Shown in pieces: positions 1 through 9,000 of a stretch of 61,403 nt of DNA. The first letter of the stretch is position 1; every line of letters begins with the position of its first letter. The notes under the pieces were generated by a model that was not told the DNA's origin, made no database searches, and saw only the letters and a list, made by a program, of their open reading frames with translations. This DNA comes from Minisyncoccota bacterium. GTDB lineage: Bacteria > Patescibacteriota > Minisyncoccia > Phycocordibacterales > SBAW01. The stretch lies in assembly GCA_035510635.1 (NCBI GenBank), contig DATKGU010000006.1:1-61403 (forward strand). Direction: 5' to 3'. Made by a program: the position numbers and the translations under genes.

Positions 1-3000
1 GCCAGCGCCAGGCGACCAAATGCCTGTGTTGTATCCGCTCGTTGCACCAAAGTTAAGAGAAGGAAGGCTTTGAGCACCTGCGGGGAGTGATAGGTTTCCA
101 GTAGTAGTAGCTCCACCCGAGATAGTGAGCCCGCCTGCTTGGGTGCCGTTGCCGATGGTGGAGGAGGCGGTGAGGATGATGCCGAGCGTAGTGGTTGGAG
201 TGAGATAGCCGTTTACTATGTTCCAATTATTGCCAAATGTATCAAAAGCTGAAGGCGAAAGATTTTGCCAGGTGCCCGCGAAGTTGCTTGAGGCGTTGGT
301 GAAATTGTTGATGCCGCTGAACGTGTTGGCATCGGTGAGGAGTGTGGATGATGCGGCGGTGATGGTGTGTGAATCTCCTAAGTTAAACAGCGTACCGTTG
401 ATAGTGATAGATGAGTTTTGAAGCGCACTGTTTGGGAGGTTGAGTGAGGATGATGCAATGCCATACAAGAGGCCGTTGGTGCCCGCTCCAACAAAAGCGT
501 TGAGCACGGAGGCCACCTGCAGGTTGGTGGAGCTGGCCGTGCCCTGCACATCGAGCTTGGCTTGCGGATTGGCGGTACCGATGCCGATGTTGCCGGTTGA
601 GAGCGTCGAACCCGTGCCGTTTACAGTGGTCCCATAGATAAGGTTGCCGATGTCGAGCTGGTTGTTGGCCGTGGCGCTGGGCAGGCTAATGTCGTAGCCC
701 AACGAAATATTGTTGGAGCCCGAAGTAAGATTGGAGTGCGAGCCAAAAGCGTAGCCGCCAAGGAGCACGTTGTCGGCGCCAGTGGTGATATTGTTGCCGT
801 TGTTGTATCCGACAATTACATTGTATGCCGCGTTGACATTGCTCGTGTTGCCCGCGCCCTGCCCCACCTGCACCGAGTGCGTGGTGGACGAGGCGTAGAG
901 CACGGTGTTGCCGTCAATTTGATACCCGCCCGTGGTGCCCGAGGTGTTGATAAAGCCGGTTGCCGAAATTGCAGCAGCGCCTAGTGTGCCGGTGATTGTC
1001 GGGCTCGCTGAGAAGACTGCTACTCCACCCGTGCCTGTCTCATCCGTGAGCGCTGTTGAGAGGTTGGCTGAGGTGAAGGAGCCGAGCGAAGCGGCGTTGC
1101 CGACCGAGGTGACCACACCGGTGAGGTTAGCGTTGGTGGTGACCGTCGCTGCATTGCCGGAGATACTCATTGCTATAGCCGATGAGGTTGCTTGAGAGAA
1201 CGGTATACCCGTTGAGCCTGTCATTACGAGGCCGTTGTTCCCCATACCCCAGGTAGTGGTCGTGCCAAAAGCGCTCGTCAATGTAAGGTCGCCTGTAAGT
1301 GCTCCACCCCCTTGAAGGGGATAGGTAGTGTTTACGTTCCTCGTTGGATTAAGAGGTGTGTAGCCGAAGATAGAGGATGAGGCAGAGGTTTGAAACACTC
1401 CATTAGAACCTACATATAGATTGCCAGCGGTCATACCACTGTTTGTGGTAGTGCCAAACGCCGTACTCAAAGTAGTACCCGTTAGCAAGAGAGGATAGGT
1501 TGGAGTAGAAAGTGCCGCTTGTTTATTGTTGAAAGTGTCAAACGCGGTAGAACCGAGACACCCCGCAACTCCCGATGAGGCTGTGGTGCAGCCTATAGAA
1601 CCTGTGGTTGTAATCGTTCCTCCCGTGAGGGGTGCTGAGGCAGTGATAGAAGTAACTCCATTATTGATTGAAGATGTGGCAACCCACGCTGGGATTCCTC
1701 CGCTCATAGAAAGAACGTAGCCACCTGTTCCTGCGGCAATCGCGCCAAAAGTATTCGTCCCACTAAAGTATGGAAGTCCTCCCGTGAGCCCTGTATAGAG
1801 AGAAGAAGTGGCTACCGCAAGAGTACCTGAAGTTGTAAACCCTCCCCCCGTCATAGAGTAGTTTGTGTTTACTTGAGTAACCGTTCCCGTACCAGCAGCA
1901 GTGCATCCTTGAGCGTTGCCATTAACATCTATACCGAGTGTGTAGTTACCAGCAGAGCATTTAGTCGGGGCAGAGGCTAGCGCTGTAGCGGTGCCAGCGT
2001 TCCCCGTAATACTGGCGTTCATTGAAGTGGTGGAGACAGCGTAAGTAAGCCCACCGTTACCTGCTATGAGACCTCCGAGTGTACCTATTTTAATAGGATT
2101 GTTGAAGTAGTCTGTACCAGAGAAGGTATTAAAGTCGCCCAAGAGAGAGGAGCTGGCGGCAGTTATTGTAATGTTCGCAGACCCGTCAAAAGCAACACTG
2201 TTAATTGTTTTGGTTGCCGCTAACTTTGTTGCTGTACCTGCGTTACCCGAAATGGAACCTGTAATTAAGTTATTGAAAATATCCGTCCCCGACCATGTGT
2301 TTGTGTCACCTAGGAGGGTAGAGGAGGCAGCTCCTGAGAGAGAAGTTAAATACCCTGCATTGTTCGTCCATTGAGAGATGTTCGGTGAGAGGAAAGAGGA
2401 AGTAGTGAGGTTGAGAGAGGAGGTTGCTACGGTTGAGATGACGTTGGAGGAGATGGAGAGTGGATAGGTGGCCGAGGTAATGCGATCGCTGTAGGCGGTG
2501 TTCCAGTTGGCGGCAGAGGCGATATAGCTGTCGCCTATCGCGGTGCCGTTCCAGATACCGGAGGTAATAGTGCCTACGCTTGCAAGGTTGGAGAGCGCGG
2601 TGATTGAGTTGACCGAAGTCGTTGCGGCGAGGTCGGTGATAAAGCGAGGATCGAAGAGACCGTTGAAGGTGCCGGTGTACACACCGTTGGTGACCGTGGC
2701 CGCATTGCCGCTGACGCTACCCGTGATGGTGTTGTTGAACGTATCGTTGCCACTAAACGTGTTGTTGTCGGCAAGGAGCGTCGTCGAGGCAACCGTGATG
2801 GAACCGCCGAGGGAGACTGCAGTGCCGTTAATCGTGAGCGATGAGTTTTGGAGTGCCGCGTTGGGGAGATTGAGCGAGGAGGAAGCAATTTGATACAGCG
2901 TGCCGGAGTTTGCACCGATAAATCCTGCGAGTGTTCCCACTTGAACGCCGCCGCTGAAATTAAGTTTCGTGCTCGTGGCATTAAGCGGAAACGGATAGGC

Positions 3001-6000
3001 GAAGGTGTCAGCGCCTGCCGGTGAGTAATCAACACCGGCTACTGCAGCCACAAGTGCGCCGCCGGTGGTGGTTTTAAGTAAGTTGCCCGAGGCGATGTTT
3101 GATATAGCAAAAGAGGTAGTCGTGGCATTGGTAGTAGTTGCATTCACACCGGTGAAGTTTTGGAAGGTTGATGATGCAGTGGCGAGGAGGTTAGGTACCG
3201 TGAGCGTGCCGGTGAAGGTCGGCGATGTTGCAAAGCTTGTCGTGTTACCTACCGAGGTGACCACACCGGTCAAGTTGGCGTTGGTGGTGACGGTCGCTGC
3301 ATTGCCGCTGACGCTACCCGTGATGAGATTGCTAAAGGTGTTGTTGCCCGAGAACGTGTTGCTGTCACCGAGGAGTGTGGTGGAAGCAATAACAATGTTA
3401 GCGGTACCGTTGAAGGAGACACCGTTGATGGTGCGTGGGTTTTGGAGAGCGGTAGCAGTGTTGGCATTACCACCGATGTTAAGGGTGGAGGTGGAGGCGC
3501 CGATGAATACTCCACTGTTGTTGGTGTACACAAGGAGGTTGTTGCCAAGACCAGTGTTAGTAGTGGTGCCAAACGCGGTTGAGATGGTGAGGTTGCCGGT
3601 GCTTGCGGATGTTTGCAATGGATACGTCGCCGCAAGCGACACAACGCCGGTGTTGGTAATAACGCCGGTGCTGGGAACATAGCCGATGCCTGCACCACCA
3701 GAGAGAGATGTCGAAGATATTTTATTATTAAACGTGTTGTAGTCGGTTGAGGAAAGATAGCCGTTTGATGCGAGACCCGCTTGAGAGATGGCAAACGCAC
3801 CCGTGGAGCTGTTGTATGCGAGCGGCGCAACTGCCGAGAGCGATGAGGTGCCAAAGAGGCTTAAGCTCGAGGTGGACACCGTGAGCGCGCCGTTGACATT
3901 AACCAAGCCGGCACCAAGGAGCGACGTAAAGTAGCTGCCGGCACCGAGGCCAAAGGTTGAGGCAAAAAGCGATGTCGATGTTGCATTGGTGGTGGTGGCA
4001 TTGAGTGCCGTGAAGTTTTGGAGTGTTGTCGAACCACTGACCATGAGGGAGGCTCCCAATGTGGTGGACCCGAGCGCGGCAAACCCGCCGCGGCTAAAGA
4101 TGCCGCCCGCGCCGACATCAAGACCGCCGCCTGCAAAAATATTTTGCCCGACATTGAGCGAGTCGGACACATCGACGCTGTTGGCCGCAAGGGATCCGAT
4201 GTTGGCGGCCGGTGTTGAGAGGCCGTTGATATCAACAACGTCGAGACCGTGGCTATCGTCGGCAACATACGCATACTTGCCTGCTACAAAAATACTGTTG
4301 GGCGTGCCGGCCGATGCAATACTGCCCACCAAGCTAGGAGCCGTTGGCGTGCTCATGTCGAGCACCAATGTATTGCCGCTGTGGTCAGCCACATAGAGGT
4401 TGGTGCCCGCTGCCTGCACACCATTGTAATAGGCGCTGTGGCTCGGCGGATATTGGCCAACCAATGCAGGGCTTGCGGGATTGGACACACTGAGGGTATA
4501 AAGGCCGGTCACCTGGTCGGCAACATACAGATATTTGCCGCTCACATACATGGCTGCCGGACCCCCCACCACGGAGCTGTTGTTGTATGTGCCAACGATA
4601 GCGGGAGCTGCCGGGTTGGATACATCAACAACATATATAGCCGGGAGTTGATCTCCTACGTACAGATATTTACCGGAGATGGCCAACGCAATCGGAAGCG
4701 AGTTGGTGCCACCCGGAGGCAAGAGGCTCCCCGCGAGCGTGGGCGCGGCTGGGTTGCTTACATCGATGATGCGCACCGCGTGGTTGTTGAAGTCGTTTAT
4801 ATAAAGATATCTGCCCGAAAGAGCGAGCGATTGCGTCGTGCCGCTTAATGCATAAGTGCCAACCGCATTTGGCGCGGCAGGATTGCTCACATCAAATATC
4901 ACGAGGCCGAAGTTTTGGTCGGCAACGTAGGCGTACTTGCCTGCCACCACCACGGCATCTGCTGCGGGGCTCGCGATGTAGGAACTGTTGGAGCCAACTG
5001 TAGTTGGCACGGCCGGATTAGTAATGTCGATGACGCGCAAGCCGCCTTGATAATCGGCCACATAGGCGTAGTGACCCGACACGTACGTGCCATATGCATG
5101 AGCCGAGCCAATCTCAGAGACGGTGGCGGCAATACTTGGGTTGCCGGCGGCGACATGCGTGATGTCGCCGCCGGCTATTGCCAAGTGCGAAGCCGGTGTG
5201 GAGGAGCCAAGCCCGACATTGCCGCCCGCTGTGGCAACCAATGTATTGCCGCCCACGTTAAGCGCGCCGGTTGCCGTGAGGTTGCCGGCAAAAAATCCGT
5301 TGCCGTTTACGCCGAGCTTGGCCGCAGGCGATGTGCTGCCGAGGCCAAAGTTCCCCGCCGAGGTAAACACCGAGTTTAACGCGCCCGTACTATTATATAT
5401 ATCGATGACATTGGCGGTCTGACCCGATGCCGCCACAAGTGCGAGGGTGGTACTCGCGGTGTTGCTCGAGAGCACGGTGAGTTTTGCATATGGCGTGGTG
5501 GTGGCGCCCACGGCAACCATGTCGGTAGTGGTCGCAAGCGATACGGTGCCGATATTGTTGGTGGTCCAGCCGCCTCCTGTCGAGGCGTTGGCTATAGCAA
5601 GCGCGCCGCATACCACGTTTCCTTGCGAGTCGGTTTGAAGCGCCTGATTGCCGGTGCACGATGGCGAGCCGCTCAAGGTAAGCGTTGAGGAGAAGCGCCC
5701 GGTGCCGGTGACATCAAGCGTTTTACCGGGAGTTGAATTGCCAATACCTACAGTACCGTTTTGGAGCACCGTGAGTGCGTTGCTGCCGACCGCAAGGCCG
5801 CCCGCAAAGGTGGAGGTTGCGGTGCTTGAGGTGGCGTTGAGGTAATTAAAGAAACCGGTTGCCGCAGAAATTTGAGAGCTCGAGGCGTTGGCAAAACTTG
5901 CAAACGCGGTAAAGGCGCTCGCGGCATTAAACGTGTTGGTGCCGCTAAACACATTGTTGGTGGTCGTGCCAAAGGCAGTTGAGATGGTGAGGTTGCCGGT

Positions 6001-9000
6001 AGAGGCGCTCGTTTGCAGAGGATAGGTTGCCGTAAGTGAAATTACGCCTGTGTTGGTGATGATGCCGGTTGAAGGCACGTAGTTGATACCGTTGCCACCC
6101 GAGAGCGAGCTGGAAGATAGTTTATTATTAAACGTTGCATAATCGGCCAAAGAGAGTTTGCCGTTTGAAGTGAGTGATGCAAACGGCAGGTTAAAGGTTT
6201 GCGTGTTGCCGCTTGCGGTAATGGTAAAGTCGGTGCCGTTGGTGGAGGTTGCAAGCAATTGCGTGCCGCCGTTTTGTGTCTGCCCTGCCGGACCGATCGA
6301 CGTGATGCCGATGCCGTTTGTGGTGAGTGTGGTGCCGTCAAACGTGAGGCCTGAGCCAACAGTGAGCGGCCTCACGGAGCCGTTTGCATTGGTGGCAAGT
6401 ATGCCGCTCACGATGTTGCTGATAGCAAAGCTCGTGGTTGTTGCATTGGTAGTCGTAGCATTTACGCCCGTAAAGTTTTGCAATGTGGTGGAAGCGGTTG
6501 CGAGGATAGTGCTTGCCGTAAAACCGCCGTTAAATGCAATTTGTGATGAAGTAGCGTTGGCAATAAACGGATATGCAAACGTATCAAAGTTGGATGCCGA
6601 GAGCCCCTGCCACGTGCCGGCAAAGTTGGATGAGGCGTTGGTAAAGTTGTTGACACCACTAAAGGTATTGGTGTCGGTAAGGAGCGTTGTGGATGACATC
6701 GGAATTATTTTGTTGTCACCGAGATTAAACGTGGTGCCGTTTACCGTGATGCTTGAGTTCACTAGTTTGTTGTTGGCAATACTGCCCGCGAGCATCGTGT
6801 TGGTCACCGTGCCGGTATCGGTTGTATAGACGCCATTGGTGACCGTGCCTGCGTTGCCCGTAATGCTGGCATTGAGTGATGAGGTGGAAACCTGATATAG
6901 TTTCCCGCTATTTCCTGCAATGAGACCCGAATAATTATTTATCGAAGCAAGATTTGGCAGTGTGGTGATGCCGGCAATCGACGAGCTTGCCGAGAGGCGG
7001 TTGTCAAACAAATTGCCAAAGGTGGTGGTGTAGACACCGTTGGTCACCGTGCCTGCGTTGCCAGAGACACTGCCCGTGATGAGATTGGTAAAGATGTTGT
7101 TACCGGAGAAGGTGTTTGAGTCAGTGAGCACGGTGGAACTTGCAGCCGTAATCGTTTTATTGTCACCTAAGTTAAACGTGGTGCCGTTGATGGTGAGAGA
7201 TGAGTTTTGGAGAGCGGCGTTTGGCAAGTTGAGCGAAGACGATGCAATGCCATACAACGTGCCATTGTTGCCTCCGATAAATCCTGTGAGCGCCCCAACC
7301 TGCACGCCGCCGCTTAAATTAAGTTTTGTGCTGGTCGCATTGTTGGGGAACGGATAACCAATTTCGTCCGAAATATTTAATTTTGCATTGAGCGCATTTT
7401 GCAAATCGGTTTGGCTTGCAAGCGTGCCACTGATGTTGCCCCAGGTGGCGCTGTTTATACCCAAGCTCGAGGTTGATATAAGGTTATACCCTCCCGTTCC
7501 ATTGCCGAGCAAAAGTTGGCCGTAGCTCGGCGCGGTGCTGGTGCCGGTGCCGCCGCTTCCGATACCGAGCGCTTGCGAGAGTGTGAGCGCGCCGTTGTTT
7601 GCAAAGCTCGAGGTTGCGGTTGCGCCAAACGATGCGCTCTGATACGCCGCGAGGTTGGTGCTGGTGGCGTTGGTAAATACGCCGGTCGACGGCGTGTTGG
7701 CGCCTATCGGCGAGTTGTCGATCGAACCGCCGTTGATAGTGAGATTGTGGGCAACATACGCATTGGCAATAGGAGTGCCGTTCCACACGCCGGCAATAAT
7801 GGTACCAAACGACGATGAGCCGCTAATGGTGAGTGTGCTTGCCGAGACGGTTGGCGCGGTAAGCGTAGTGCCGTCAAATGTAAAGTTGTTGCTCGCCGTA
7901 ACCGCGTCGGCCGTGGCGTTGGTGTAATACACCTGATTGGCAACGTACGAGCTCGGTACATCGGTGAGCCCGAGGAAGGTGCTCGAGCCGCCACCGCCGC
8001 CGGTGCCGCAGTCGGAGCCCGTGCCCGAGATAATACCGTTGGCACCAACATGGAGACACTGTACCGAGCCGGTAACGCTCGCGAGTTTAAGAGAGCCGTT
8101 GACCGTAATGCCGCCATTTACCTGGAGCGCACCGGTTGTCGTTGCGCCGCCGGCAATCGTGAGGCCGCCTGTTTGTGTGCCATTGCCAATCGTTGATGAT
8201 GCCTGTGAGACAAAGCCCGCACCAAAAGTTTGGAGTGATGAGTAGAGGTTGGCTGTGGTAGTACCAAAATTAGTCGAGAGTGTCACCGCTCCGGTTGAGC
8301 CCGAAACTTGCAGAGGATATGTTGCCGCGAGCGAGGTCACTGCGCTGGTGAGGTAACCACCGGGAGCTTGATAGTCGGTGCCGGCAACTGCAGGTACAAC
8401 CGAACCGTTTGCATTTGTTTTAAGCAATGTCGAAGTGATGTTTGAAATCGCGAGGTTGGTGGTGGTGGCTTGTGCAAGCGTGGTGTTGCCGCTCACCTGC
8501 AGTGTGCCGGTTGCGGTAATATTTGCCGTAGTAAGATTGTTGGAGATATATGCACTGCCGTTGACCGAGAGTGCTTGCGTAGGATTTGTGGTATCAACAC
8601 CAAAATTGCCGTTGGTAATGTAGGTGCCGCCGTTGCCGTTAGGGCTGATTGAGATGCCGCCGTTAGTTAAGCTCGGTACGCTGATAGTGCTGCCGCTGAT
8701 TTGGATGTTGCCTGCAAGCGTACCGCTTGGGAAGAGCACCGCCGAGCTGTCGCTGGTGTTAAAACTTTTGCCACCAGTTAGAGTTACACCCGATTTAATC
8801 AAAAGTGCGCCGGTGCCCGATGGATTGATCTCGATATTTGCGGTGCCGGTTGTCTGCATGACCAAGTTTTCGTTGACATCAGAGGAGACAACGACATCGT
8901 TTGATGCATCGGTATGGAGCACCTCTTGGCCGTTAACATAGAGCGAGCCGGGGCCAACATAAATGTCTTTCCACGTGTTGGCGGCAGAGCCAAGCGAGTA

